From NCBI GenBank assembly GCA_027923505.1, contig BROI01000010.1, forward strand, positions 124,001 to 188,000: 64,000 nucleotides of DNA, read 5' to 3'. Of this stretch, positions 37,466 through 49,466 are shown piece after piece (within the stretch, counting starts at the first letter, position 1; each line of letters starts with the position of its first letter). Origin of the DNA: Mayamaea pseudoterrestris. Its lineage: Eukaryota. A program made the translations under genes and the position numbers. The notes beneath the pieces are model-generated. The model was not told the origin of the DNA and made no database searches. It saw only the letters and a list, made by a program, of their open reading frames with translations.

Positions 37466-38914
37466 CTATTTTAATAGCGTTCGACTTGGCTGCTGCATTG
37501 ATGAAGCGAAAAAGAGCAAGAACGCATGTCGCATGTTTCTGTACCAAAGAGTTGCATCAACATTGGAGCGATTCAGGCGTCGGACTCATTGCCCTTGCAT
37601 CAACGTGAAAGCAATGACAAGTACCTTCACGGACGAGTCTCCACATGGACGCTTGCCGCGCCTTTCATTCAAGGAGCCTCAAGGTCCGCAGTCCGCATAC
37701 AAGTGTCACGGCGTCATTGTTTCGCTCGCCCGACTCGGAACGCATCTTATATCAAGTCTACTCTGGAAACAGGGCACCTGCTGGAACCAAGCCTTGTATT
37801 CACGATCGGCGCAGGATGATGTATCGTTTGTGGATGATGGCATGCTTAACGAGGCGAAACGAATTTATTTCATTAAAATTGCAACCAAATGCAAGCTAGG
37901 CGATAAGTTCTTGACAGTGATTAACCGGCTATCGTATTGGCCTTCAACGACGCTCCGCTACTATTGAGAAAAACAAGCAGAATGAATGCGAAGCTGGATT
38001 TCTGCTGCCGCAGTGGCGTAGGCAATTGAGTTTACCAGCCCGCAGAGCGAGGTACTTGCTTGGAGAAACATTCATTTCCTGCTGCGAGTGACTGGATATT
38101 ATATTCTTTATGTAAATTACAAGGGCCGCGAATGGTAGAAGGAGATTTTCGTCTGTTTTTTTATATGCTCTGATTTTGTGATACAAACCAAGCCACTTTC
38201 GATGTTAGTCAGCCACAGTTTTAATGTGTTTGGCGAAGCGCAAAGGTCTTTGAAAAGGTTCAACATGGCGGCTGACTTCTACAAACAGATATCAAAACAT
38301 TATGCGCTATCTATCAGCGACTTGAATGACAACTACATCGCTTTATACAACGCTTGCAGACTTGCCTTGTTCTTTGTGATTATTCAACGCCACACATTGC
38401 GCCTCATCAATGCGAAACCGTTTGGACATGGGCGCCAAATTTGCGCACCGCGTACCGTGAGCGAGCCGAGTTTGATCTGGCCAAAAGATTGAGTCGGCCT
38501 GGCCTACTGTGACTTGCCAAGCTTGATTGACACACTGATGAAAGTCGGTGGGATTGGTTTTTCGGGCAAGTCTCGGTGCAAGCCGCAAGCATTAAAATCT
38601 TTGTATCGTAAACATCCCTTTACTTGCGAGGCACTCATGTATGCCTGTAGAGCAAAGACAACCGAGGCTTGTTGCACCAGAACTTTTGTGGAAGCGAGAC
38701 GGTTTCTACAATTCCCGTTCCAACCAAACAAGGGCGGAATATGCGTCGAAGAAGGAGAATGTCGTGGACAGTGAGTGCCGGAACGACGCTAGTCTACGTG
38801 AGGTTTTCGCGCGCGCGGAACAGCTCTCGTCGTTCCTTCATACAGTAACGCGCAACAGCAAGATTCGCAACCGCAGCAACAACAATAATAACAACAGACA
38901 CAACACTCTAGACT

Positions 38915-39096
38915 ATGAACGATAAACTGAAAGCATTATTTGGCTCCCTCGTGGAGCAAGGCGTGCATCCGGATCAACGGGCGCAAGATGTGTTATTGGC
39001 TGGTTTTCAAGACCGCGTCCCGCTTCCGAAAACAAAGAAGCGGGAAATTAACAAAAGGTATCGTGAAAACCAGAAGAAGCTTAAAGCTGAGACCTC

Positions 39097-39129
<33 letters not shown>

Positions 39130-40009
39130 CGGTACCGATCCTTTTGATGCAACTGGCGGAGCAGCAACCGACATCACGCAAGGAGCTGACTCTGCTGCTG
39201 ATACTCCGGCAAGCAATACAACAGCAACAACGACTCCAGTTGTTCCGACAATTAATTGCGGACAAACTACTGCGTCTGAGGGAGCCGATCCTGCTACGAC
39301 TGGCGGAGGATTAAGTCTCGGCGCACCAACCGGAGCGCCACTGTCGTTTGAAAGTCCTCCTCCTCCGTCTACTACTACTGCCGCGGCGCATGCAACGATT
39401 GGAGGAGGATTTTCCATGCCTCCAGCACCTGCCGCCACTGGATTTGGTGGACAAGCTGCCGCTGCACCTGCTGCTCCAGCTACTGCAGGTGGCACGACTC
39501 CAGCCTTTGGTAGTCCGCCAGCGACTGCACTGGCTCCGGCAGCTCCCTTTGCCGGATTTGGAGGAGGCGCTCCCTCCGCGGCGACTGCTCGCGCTCCAGC
39601 GACTGGAGGGTTTGCTCTTGGTGCTGCAGCTGCTCCAACGGCTGGAGTTTTTCAATCAGCTCCATCGACAGACTCAGCCGCACCCGCTACTGGAGGAGCA
39701 TTTAGCTTTGAAAGTTCTACGGCAGCGGCCGCGAATGCATCGGCGCCGAAACCTCTCATTGCTCCAGTCTTTGGTGCAACTGCTCCTGCCACGACGACGA
39801 CGGTTGCTCATGCGGTGACTGCAGCTTCTTTCTCCGGTGCAACTACTACTGCAGCTCCAGAATCAGCGCCTGTCACAACTACGGCTGCACCTGCAACTCA
39901 AGCCAACGACTCTCTGATGAACAACAATTCCATTACGTCACCAACTCCAACAAAAACGACGACGACGACGATTGTGATGCCTGCTTCTCAAGGTTGCAAC
40001 ATCAGCTAA
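38915..40009 (+). CDS. Ala/Thr/Pro-rich protein with FG/FS nucleoporin-like motifs
   Basis: GFSM, GFGG, AFGS, GFAL, AFSF and VFGA motifs in low-complexity sequence; N-terminal basic helix. Confidence 0.55.
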
Positions 40010-40472
40010 TGAAGCGGACACTCAAGAGGGGAGGCAAAATAACCAAATGTTGCCAAGAAATAGCACGGAGATCACAATGTTTGCAAAAATTGACAAATTG
40101 GCCTCGGCCGGTTCGATCAGTAGTGTGTTTCAGTGAGCAGACTTTAGCTTATTCAACGCGTCCGTGGAGCGTGCTTGTAATTTATAAAGTAGTTTGATAG
40201 ATTTTGGAACAGAAGAGTAGACGTACCACTTGAAATAGGAAGATGCGAGGATAATAATTTGCTGTGTACTGGATAAGGAAAAAAGGACTCGCATGATGGT
40301 GTTGATGGATCTTGTCGCACCATCAATCGCGACGACAGCATCAACCGCGCCATCCATCACCGCCATGGAGGGATCCCAAAGTCTTTTGCCAACGGCAATC
40401 GAATGCGGCAAAAGGAAGACTTATTCACTAGACAGTAGTATACTTGCGCCATCGTTAAGATATTTTTGTAGA

Positions 40473-41420
40473 ATGCCCAAGTCAACAAGCCGACGGCGAG
40501 CGGTAAGGCTACAACTGCCGCTTCTGCTTCATCTTGCTTTCTTTCTGCAACATGCATGCGGCTGGATGCCAGCAAGTCAACTACATTGTCAGCAGCAATT
40601 CAAATTTAGAGTATCATCACTACAAGCTTCCGTCTCGGATGATGTGACGGAGGAGCAAAGCATCACTAAAGCCGATGACAATGATGAGCGATCAGACAGC
40701 AAACCAAAACGACTCGACTATCCTTGGAGCAGCGCTGCGCATCAAGCCTTGACGGACAATGTCCCCAAGTATTCGTTTTCACTAATGCTGCCAGAAGAGT
40801 CTGATGCAACACCAATAACGGTGACGCTCTGGAGAACCATGTCGCAAAATACAGTGGAATTGGCAGGCTACCCGCTTGATTTCTTGGCGCAGCAGTACGC
40901 GCGGGCGGTGCAAGACGAAACAGAGTCTGCAGCAATTGACCAAGTACTTCCCGCCTATTCAACAACTGTTTTGCCATATCTAGACAATTTTTACTTTACG
41001 CAAGGAGGCGGCATGCGTGGCAACGTGTACGGTTTGCCGGGCGTCGCCCCCGGCACGCTTTTGGAAACGAGTCGGCTGGTGAATGTGGCGCGCACGCTGC
41101 CGCATGGTTACGTGGTGGCGGCGAAAGACGATGGACTGCAGGATGTCATTGCGTACGAGCTGGGAAAACCTCAGAGTGAAGCGGGGCGCGTCAGTGCTGG
41201 CAGTCGGCAAGCAGACGAGCCGTCCTTGTTTTCGCTCAGCGGCTTGACCTCCAAGTTACCATCTGCTCTGGCAGCAGCAACGACTGACAAGCAAACCACA
41301 CCCGCGTTGCTCGATCCCGACTTAATGAACCTTGGTGGTCTCACCGTGGCATTATTGGGAGGCGCCGTGGCGCTCGAAACCCTGTCGCATCACTTGACCA
41401 TCAACGTGTTTTGGGTGTAA
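40473..41420 (+). CDS. Hypothetical protein, likely plastid-targeted, C-terminal TM
   Basis: Signal-like LLLHLAFFLQHACG-W; globular core (GNVYGLPGVAPGT); hydrophobic C-terminus ending LSHHLTINVFWV. Confidence 0.7.
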   Translation: MPKSTSRRRAVRLQLPLLLHLAFFLQHACGWMPASQLHCQQQFKFRVSSLQASVSDDVTEEQSITKADDNDERSDSKPKRLDYPWSSAAHQALTDNVPKYSFSLMLPEESDATPITVTLWRTMSQNTVELAGYPLDFLAQQYARAVQDETESAAIDQVLPAYSTTVLPYLDNFYFTQGGGMRGNVYGLPGVAPGTLLETSRLVNVARTLPHGYVVAAKDDGLQDVIAYELGKPQSEAGRVSAGSRQADEPSLFSLSGLTSKLPSALAAATTDKQTTPALLDPDLMNLGGLTVALLGGAVALETLSHHLTINVFWV

Positions 41421-41849
41421 CGCTTCACATGTTAAACGAAGTACAAAGCTAAGCAAATGCATGTTACAGTACAAATGTACTGTCTGTAGTCAAGGCAGCA
41501 TTCGCTAGTGTGCGGCTTCAATCCAGCCGACATCGTGCTGGCCTTATTGGCAGCCGCCAAAATAGAAGGGTTACTTTTGTTGGAACGATTCGACCAACTT
41601 TGTCCAGCGGCAATGAAAAAGTGTATGCTCGCTTTAGGTCTATGTGTTTGTTATAAAGCTAAAGAGTACGTTCCTTATTCTCTATTCACGCACTGAAGAC
41701 GAGCGAGTAATACAGTGAAGTACCTGCAAGCCTGCAATTGAGTAACCAAGCAATGATACATACAGGCCACTGAAACTCGTCATAATATGATCTACATTCA
41801 CGACTGCCAGCTTGACAATGATACTTGTATTGCTGTAGCGTTCCATGTT

Positions 41850-41852
<3 letters not shown>

Positions 41853-41886
<34 letters not shown>
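41853..41886. repeat. (TGC)11 microsatellite
   Basis: Read directly from the sequence. Confidence 0.95.
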
Positions 41887-42252
41887 ACATACTCGATAGA
41901 TAGCTAACAACCACTACACCACCTTTCTTCCGGGTTGCGACTTTCATTCGAGCGGCTTCGAATTTTGACGGTTCCCTAAGTGACAAGCGCGCCGGCCGGC
42001 ATGGCGCACCCAAAATTTCCATCCAACCGACGTGCGCGTTGAGTGAAACGCATGAGCACCACCATACCATTTTTGATTGTTTCCAGCAAGTCGAGTAGTA
42101 CTAGTATTGCGACTACAATATAATCATCACAGAGACAACTTGCTAGTCTCGACGACGACCGAAAAACAGATTTGCAATAAGTTTGCGGCAGCCGAAACGA
42201 ACCGTTTTCACAGAATTTAAAAGCCGGAACGAATTGAATTCTTCAAAGCACC

Positions 42253-44607
42253 ATGCCAACCGGAGTCCATGACAACGAAAAACATGAATGCATCTTGCTA
42301 GAGCCATTGAATAATGCTTCTGCTGCAGCTGCGAATAATGACGAAGTGAATGGCGGAGGAGGCAACGACGCGGTGCATGACGCCCATGTGGACGGAAGCG
42401 ACGAGGATCAAGGCGTTGAGGTTGTCTTGGGCAGCAGCGGCGAAGGCGATGATGAAGCAAATCATGATGGCGAGGGCAACGAATGCAAGGAAGCGAACGG
42501 TGCTGCAACTCGACCCGACGATCAAAACGTCTTTCGCGGCCCCGTTCGTCCCCGCGTGCTGCACCGCGGACCTCCTCCTCCTCAGCAGCATCACGCGCAT
42601 CCCTACAGCACGCATGGCTCCGGTTCCTGGGGCTACGGACCTCCGCACTACCAGCCGCAGCAGCACTATCACGGCGACTACCCGCCGCCCCGCGCCTATC
42701 CACCATTTTCGTACGCACCATCCAATTCCTTTGACGCGAGTGATCCCTACCGAACGTCACACTACTACAGTCCGGGACCGCCGCCGCAGCAACAACAATA
42801 TCATCAATATCCGCCAAGCAGTCGCAGTCGATACTCTGATCATGTCAATGTCATTTCGCCGCATCACTTGACGCCGCGACCCCGCCGCATGGTGCCGCCA
42901 AGTCACAAATACCCGCCATCGTCGCCCGTCCGACGACCCAGTGGAAGGGTGCGCGACTATGCCATTTCGCGAAGGGGACAACAGCCAGTGTTGGAGGCAG
43001 AGTGGAATGTGGCGCAATCGCCGCAAGCGGGAGTCAAGGCAACTGCGACGGATGCTACTACAACAACGACAACACCTCGCAGCACGAAACAGCAGCAGCA
43101 GCAAGTCCCCATGGTGACGGACCCGTCGTTTGAATCGTCGCAGCAGCCGCAACATCCAGCCACGCCGTCGAGTGAAATACCGGAAGCTGGAGTTGCGCCC
43201 TTTTACTATGGCGCGCCGTCCTGGGGATCGTTCGACACTGGTTCACTGCCTCCGCCGCCGCCGCAGTATCATGAACAAGGCTACTATGGTCCGCCGCCAC
43301 CCGAGTCGCCCTACAGTGTCTACAACATGCATCCGCCGGCCATTACTAGCTCCAGTAACTACTTTCCGCAACACTCGAGCAACTTGTACTACTCGGAATC
43401 CTTTCCACCGCCGGCGCAGTATGGACCAAACGGATCCTTTTCCTACTCGTACGATGACCATGAGGATCGCATGGGGCAAACCACGTCGAGAGACTACTAC
43501 CATCATCATGCAACTGCAACTACCACCGAACAGCAACAACACTCTCATCCAGCAAAAGCCGTGACGCCAAACGCCTCTCGCAAGAAAAAGAGTGGCGGAA
43601 CAGCCGCCGCCCGCGACTTGCTCCCCAAGGCGGCCCAAGAGATTGACTTTGACGTGGCCAGTCCGCCCATGCAGCCAATCGAACCGGAAGGCGTTGAACC
43701 ACTGTGCTGCTCGCTGTCCGATGTCAATGGCTACGACGTACTGTGCGGCCGCGGCGGTGGCACCAATTCGCAGATTGGTAACCGGCGGTTCCGCAAACTG
43801 GTGCAGGACTTTCAGCCAATTTATCTACTGGCGCGGCGCAAGGAAAAGCCACTGCTGGCGCGCACCATTGTATTGATTATACGCAAGCGGGGTGGAAGGT
43901 TTTTGAAAAAGGATGATGAGACGGGTGAAATGTTTGAAGTGGGTGACGTGAAGGCGGAAGCCAAGACGAGTCAAGCGTTGCGTGAGGGATTGGATGTGCG
44001 AGCAACCAAGTCGGCGGCAGGTAGTTTGATGGACAAGAAGAAGAAGGACAAGAATGATTGCGAAGGCTACAGTCCCGATGATGTTTCGTCGCCAATGTCA
44101 GTCGACAAGGAGACGTGCAGTCCAACGAGTCGAGCATCATCGACGCGATCACCCAAGCAATCGTCGTCATTATCCTACGCCGCGACGAGTCGACCACAGC
44201 CGGAGAGCCCGCCGCCACTGCCTCGCTTGGTGGTGGAGGATGCCAAAAGCGTCAGTGGCGTGGTGCATCCCCACTCGCCCGACCAGTTGGAGTACCGCAA
44301 GCGTCGCCGCATGCGCGTTCCATCGGATCGCTTCTTTCCCGAGTTTTGTCCGCCGCGCGCCGATTTGGCGGGCCGACCGCCAAGTCCCATTGGAGGATGG
44401 AACGTGTCGTGTGGTGGTGGTGAATCGTCGTCGCAGCAGCTACATCATTCGGCGAGTCAGGATGATGATATTCGCTACCATGGTGATGAGGATGACACGT
44501 CCATGCCGGATGCTCGCGGTTGCGCTGGCGCCGCACTGGACATTGTGCAGGGTGCCGTGGCGGCGAGTGGGTTTGCCTGTCTCGCTCCGGCGAATTGGAG
44601 ACGATGA
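42253..44607 (+). CDS. DUF6824-domain protein with Pro/Tyr/Gln-rich low-complexity region (putative transcription regulator)
   Basis: DVLCGRGGGTNSQIGNRRFRKLV...GGRFLKKD...KTSQALRE. Confidence 0.88.
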   Translation: MPTGVHDNEKHECILLEPLNNASAAAANNDEVNGGGGNDAVHDAHVDGSDEDQGVEVVLGSSGEGDDEANHDGEGNECKEANGAATRPDDQNVFRGPVRPRVLHRGPPPPQQHHAHPYSTHGSGSWGYGPPHYQPQQHYHGDYPPPRAYPPFSYAPSNSFDASDPYRTSHYYSPGPPPQQQQYHQYPPSSRSRYSDHVNVISPHHLTPRPRRMVPPSHKYPPSSPVRRPSGRVRDYAISRRGQQPVLEAEWNVAQSPQAGVKATATDATTTTTTPRSTKQQQQQVPMVTDPSFESSQQPQHPATPSSEIPEAGVAPFYYGAPSWGSFDTGSLPPPPPQYHEQGYYGPPPPESPYSVYNMHPPAITSSSNYFPQHSSNLYYSESFPPPAQYGPNGSFSYSYDDHEDRMGQTTSRDYYHHHATATTTEQQQHSHPAKAVTPNASRKKKSGGTAAARDLLPKAAQEIDFDVASPPMQPIEPEGVEPLCCSLSDVNGYDVLCGRGGGTNSQIGNRRFRKLVQDFQPIYLLARRKEKPLLARTIVLIIRKRGGRFLKKDDETGEMFEVGDVKAEAKTSQALREGLDVRATKSAAGSLMDKKKKDKNDCEGYSPDDVSSPMSVDKETCSPTSRASSTRSPKQSSSLSYAATSRPQPESPPPLPRLVVEDAKSVSGVVHPHSPDQLEYRKRRRMRVPSDRFFPEFCPPRADLAGRPPSPIGGWNVSCGGGESSSQQLHHSASQDDDIRYHGDEDDTSMPDARGCAGAALDIVQGAVAASGFACLAPANWRR

Positions 44608-44728
44608 GCAGCAGCGTTATGAAGCGGCTTATTGGCTATTGAATTATGTATCATATCAATGTAAAATGTAAACTAGCTATGTTAAGTAATATATCACCTT
44701 TATAGTAATCAAGTTTACTACTGCAATT

Positions 44729-45783
44729 TTAAAAGTCCATGTCATCCAAACAAAAGACTGGTTCCTTGACGCTCGTCGGCGAATCTCCATCAGTCGCACT
44801 GTCGACTGCATCGGCAAGCTTGCTGCTAGTATCGACAGAATCAATGACCGTTTCATTCTTGTCTATACTAATTGCTGGTACCTGCTGGGTTTGCTCCTGC
44901 GTTACGAATGCGTCCTGCACCACTGTTGGTTCGTTTTTCGTCACACTCGTCGACTCGTCTCGCACCAGCAGCAGCACGTTCCAGTCAATGTTCTTGTTTC
45001 CCATTTGCACAATACAACCATTTGCATTCAAAATGACATAGAATGGAACCTGCGTAAATTTCAATACGCGCTTGGCAGTCTCCTTGCTGTCAACGTCCAT
45101 GTAGTAGTGCACTACGTGGGGCCAGCGATTTTCTCCCACGTCGCCCTGCTCTATCAGGCTGCGAGCCACGTCGCTCGAGTTGCCGCAGCAAATACTAAAC
45201 ATGTTCGTCTTGTGATAGGGATTTGTTGCTGGTGATGATGACTGGTTGCTGGTATTGTTGTCGAAATCCATGTCCATGTTGAAGTCGTCGTCATTGAACA
45301 GCAAGGTTTCGCTTTCCGTCTGTTTCGTCGCTGCAGCCTCCGCCATGATCTTTGCTCTCGCGTTCAACGCATCGAGGGCCGCTGGACAGCGAGTGCATTT
45401 CGTCGTCCAAAAGTCTGTCGTAATAAATGAATAGAGTTTATGTGAGACGAGTCTTTGTTAAGCACAATTAAACAAGACTCTAGCAAGCAAACAGAACTCA
45501 TCCAACAGACTAGCTCCATGCAATCTCTTACAATGCCATGATATTGTTATGCATATTCACTTGCTCACCCCTACATACCAATGACGGTCCATGTATCCGC
45601 CTGCAGCAAGTCGTGCGTCGTGACTTGTTTGGCGGAATCGTCGAGGCAAAGGAGTGGCAGCAATGGAAATTTGATTGTTTCTGCTGCTGGTAATGATTTA
45701 GCATCGTTGTTTGATATTGTAGTAGTCATGATCAGGAAGCGATGATGCGGAGAAGGAGAGCAGGAGCAGTGTTTGAGGTCCAT
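44729..45783 (-). CDS. Thioredoxin-fold (CxxC) protein (intron 45415-45578)
   Basis: Spliced WTVI|DFWTTKCTRCP and downstream QVPFYV (cis-Pro loop); start could be 45783 or 45729. Confidence 0.75.
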
Positions 45784-45944
45784 GGTCAAAAAGCCGATGA
45801 ATGATGATGCCGATCAAACATGTCGTTCCGGTACTCAGTAGTCATCATTCGGCGCCTGCGCTTTTTAACACGTCACCAAAGATCGCACAGAAATCCAACG
45901 ATGCCATATTTCTCGCGCATCATCCATCCATCCACTCATACAGC

Positions 45945-46871
45945 ATGAGGACGATTGCAACGACCACTATTACAGCCATGCTTTCCCTACTCGCATCGTC
46001 GTCTGCCTTTGCGCCGCGGGTTGGAGCAAGAGCCTTTTCTCGTTCCACTGCTGCCATGGCGGGGAATCCAAAAGGTGAGAGTGTTATAACGAATCGAGAG
46101 ACGGAGAGACTGGCCGATCGGATGGAGGATTCAGAATCTTTAGCGTCGGTTTCGTTCATTAGACTGAAATATATACTCACTATGTCTCATATATATACTC
46201 AATACTTTATACAATTCTCGCAACAACACAGTCTTTTTCGACATGGAGGTTGGCGGCGAGGATGTCGGACGCATCGAGTTTGAGCTACGCGCCGACGTTG
46301 TTCCCAAGACGGCGGAAAACTTTCGGGCCCTTTGCACGGGAGAGCAAGGGTTTGGATACAAGGTACAGTAGGATTGACTGTATTATTGATTGCAGCTAGA
46401 TTGTTTGATGACTAGACTGAAGAGTCGAACGACGAACGAGCGAAATCATCGAATATGCTCACTCGTACGACGACGCCTCCTAACCCATCCATTCATCCAC
46501 TTGATACATGCTGCTATTCACAGGGCAGCACGTTTCATCGCGTCATTCCTAGTTTCATGTGCCAAGGAGGCGACTTTACCAACCACAATGGCACGGGCGG
46601 CAAGAGCATTTACGGACAAAAGTTTGAGGATGAAAACTTTGAGCTCAAGCACGAGGGCAAGGGCATCTTGTCCATGGCCAATGCCGGGCCTGGTACGAAT
46701 GGATCGCAGTTTTTTGTCTGCACGGCGGATACGCCGTGGCTGGATGGAAAGCATGTCGTCTTTGGCAAGGTGACGGAAGGGTTGGATGTCATTGACAAGA
46801 TTGAATCCGTCGGCAGTCAGAGTGGAAAGACCTCCAAGAAGGTTGTCGTCAAGGACTGCGGAGAGCTTTAA
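45945..46871 (+). CDS. Cyclophilin peptidyl-prolyl isomerase (introns 46075-46231, 46363-46523)
   Basis: PKVFFD...[15 protein letters not shown]...[14 protein letters not shown]...NGSQFF...[10 protein letters not shown]. Confidence 0.97.
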
Positions 46872-46987
46872 AGTATATAGACGTATTACTTGAGTAACGG
46901 TAAAGATTTTATATACGTTGTTAATGTGCGCAATACTATCGTGACCACTGTGCGTTGCAGTGTCCACGTATTGACTTTGCTCTCAGA

Positions 46988-48496
46988 TTATCCCTGCCGA
47001 CGAGACTTGCAGCTCGCAGACTCGTCGCTCTCTGTTGATTTGCGCTTCTGACCAGCAACAACCGTCGCCGTCCGTACCTTGCACACCAGGGGGTTCTCGC
47101 GAATATGGGCGAAAAGGCAATCTGGATCGTCCTTGACTTGCGCCAAGACTCGGATCCCTTTGCACTGGTTTGCGCTGTCAGTCGCCATGTATGCTCGGCC
47201 CGCATTGTTCAATTTGACAAAAATTTGCGCCTGATTGCTAAGTGGGTCGAGAACAACGTTTCGCAGACAATAACTGCCTTCTATTACTTGCGAAAGTAAA
47301 GGATAAAATATTGGGCCCGCATGGTCAGCGCTCTCGAATCGTACACAGTTAATTCGCAAGGTCTCAAGCAAAGGAGAGCTTCGAACGCAGCTTGCTAGAA
47401 CTTGATCCATATTGGAAGAATAAGTGAACCAGTCGAGGTCAAGAGACGTGAGCCGAGGGCAACGAGCAACAGCGTGAACAACAGCAAGGAATGCCTCGTC
47501 CCGGCTTATGCTGTGATCGCGAACTCCATAATTATCAATTCGGAGCTTTTCCAATTGAGACATTGATGTGACATTTGTTGCAAAGGCGTTAAAAAATGTT
47601 TCAGTCTCAAGTCCAGTACTTCCAAAGAACTCGAGTGCTGACAAGGTAATTTCTGTCAATCGCGAGCGAGGCAGAACGGTAGGCAATGTGACTGCATTTT
47701 CCAAAAGGCACTGACATAGTTCAAGCGACTTTATCTTTGTCCGTGCGATGGCATCACACAGGACCGCATAAGAATCACCTTGAAAAGCAAAATTCGTCAC
47801 GTCCAGAAAATGCATTGAAGTCTCGGCTAGAAGCAAGTCCGCGATGGCTTGCGTAACTAGCGGTTCGTCAATCATATCCTCCGGCATCGTTTGGCTACTG
47901 CAGTGAAGCTTGACAGAGTGCAATACCGGCATCGTCTGCAGTGCAGGTAGCAATATAGAATACTGCTCGTAGGGGACAGCAAGGGTGACATTCTTCAATT
48001 CATTATGTCCGCAGAGACATCTCGCCACTTGGCGAAGGATGTGCCATTCTTGATCATTCGTATTTTGAGTTGACCGAAAGATATACATAGATGAAATTTG
48101 CTTCAGAGACTCTAACGCAACGCCATGCATTGGGCTCCATAGATGACGACTTGAAATCATAATATTTCCTAAAAGAAGCGTAGGAATAGTCCCAAGAACC
48201 TCGAAAAACCTGCGGCACTGCGTTAAGCGTTTCGTACCCCTTCTCGTCCGTGCATCAAGACTGAGGTGTGGAGGAAAGTCTTTTATGCTGACACATGTAA
48301 AGGGAGTTTTGCGCAACGCAGTGAGGAACTGGTTCGCGGTATTTTCATCCAACAAGAAGTATTGACGCAGCAAATTTTCGTCGACAAGTAGATCAACAAC
48401 GTCTGTATCCTCGTATTCCCTCTGAATCTTCTCAATCTCATTGATAAATTCTGTGTGACCAGCGGTCAGCGGCCAGTGTGATCTAACGATTGTCAT
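46988..48496 (-). CDS. RNI/LRR-like hypothetical protein
   Basis: 502-aa ORF with LxxLxL repeats (LEKLRI, LTSLDL, LETLRI) and C-terminal LNNAGRAY...CLFAHIRENP. Confidence 0.7.
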   Translation of the reverse strand: MTIVRSHWPLTAGHTEFINEIEKIQREYEDTDVVDLLVDENLLRQYFLLDENTANQFLTALRKTPFTCVSIKDFPPHLSLDARTRRGTKRLTQCRRFFEVLGTIPTLLLGNIMISSRHLWSPMHGVALESLKQISSMYIFRSTQNTNDQEWHILRQVARCLCGHNELKNVTLAVPYEQYSILLPALQTMPVLHSVKLHCSSQTMPEDMIDEPLVTQAIADLLLAETSMHFLDVTNFAFQGDSYAVLCDAIARTKIKSLELCQCLLENAVTLPTVLPRSRLTEITLSALEFFGSTGLETETFFNAFATNVTSMSQLEKLRIDNYGVRDHSISRDEAFLAVVHAVARCPRLTSLDLDWFTYSSNMDQVLASCVRSSPLLETLRINCVRFESADHAGPIFYPLLSQVIEGSYCLRNVVLDPLSNQAQIFVKLNNAGRAYMATDSANQCKGIRVLAQVKDDPDCLFAHIRENPLVCKVRTATVVAGQKRKSTESDESASCKSRRQG

Positions 48497-49466
48497 GGCT
48501 CAAGAAGCAAAGAGGATCGGTTCCAAATGCTATGCTTGAACCGCCTCGGCTTTAAGAAATTAAAAGCAAGAAACTCCGACAAATTTTCTCAAAACTCGAC
48601 AAGGCGGCAAGTTTCAGGTCGGCTCCAATGCTTTCTTCGTCGATGAAAATCTACCACTCGCAACTCGCAAATGGCTCCTGCGAATCGTTCTCAATGACTG
48701 CAAATTGCGATGATGCCGTTTTCGTGCCTTACGCCCTTGCCCTTTGATACGTGACGAGCGCGGCGATAGAATTCTGGTGCTGCTATGCGTTTCAATGAAG
48801 GTAACCCTTGCAGCAGATGACTTCCTGCGCCTGTTTTCAACGTCGCAGCAAGCAATATACGTCAATGAATTTAAGCAAACGGTTGCTTTCCTATCTCGCC
48901 GCGTTTCAATAAATAGATATCAGCTGTCAGTCGAGCGTCAGTGACGGAGCGGAGAAGCAAATCGTGGCTGGTGCGAGATCGGTCCTCTACTATATTCAGT
49001 TTCCTAGCCAAGGCTGCAGCTATAATTCTTCGACTTGTTCGTTTAGCGATTACAAGTCTCTCTCTCTCGGTATCGCACGGAGCAAGCGGAAGCGATTGTT
49101 TTGCGCCTCCCATTTTGATGCTTCATCGCGCAGTTGCCGCGCCATCCGGCATCACAATGTCGCACCACGAATGAAGTCACCGATGCGACACGTTGAGCGT
49201 TATCCGCCTCGCGCCATCGCGATCACAACTCACAACAGCGCGAGGAGACTACGATGCCAAAGCTCGGTGACGACGGCTATGCAATCCTCTACAATTTTAT
49301 ACGAAATAAATATACAACGGCAGCAGTGATAGCATGATCAAATGGACCAACTCTTTCCATATTGCTAAATTTCAGTGCTCAAATCGCATGAATTGCAAAA
49401 CCAGACCCTTGACCCTTGACCTTCACCGTTTCAGCAAGCAACTGGAATAAAAAAATCTAGCGAAAC

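Noticed and set aside
37470..38800. TPR-like fragment (GEAQRSLKRFNMAADFYKQ) suggesting a pseudogene
   Set aside because: Too fragmentary to define a gene model or family.
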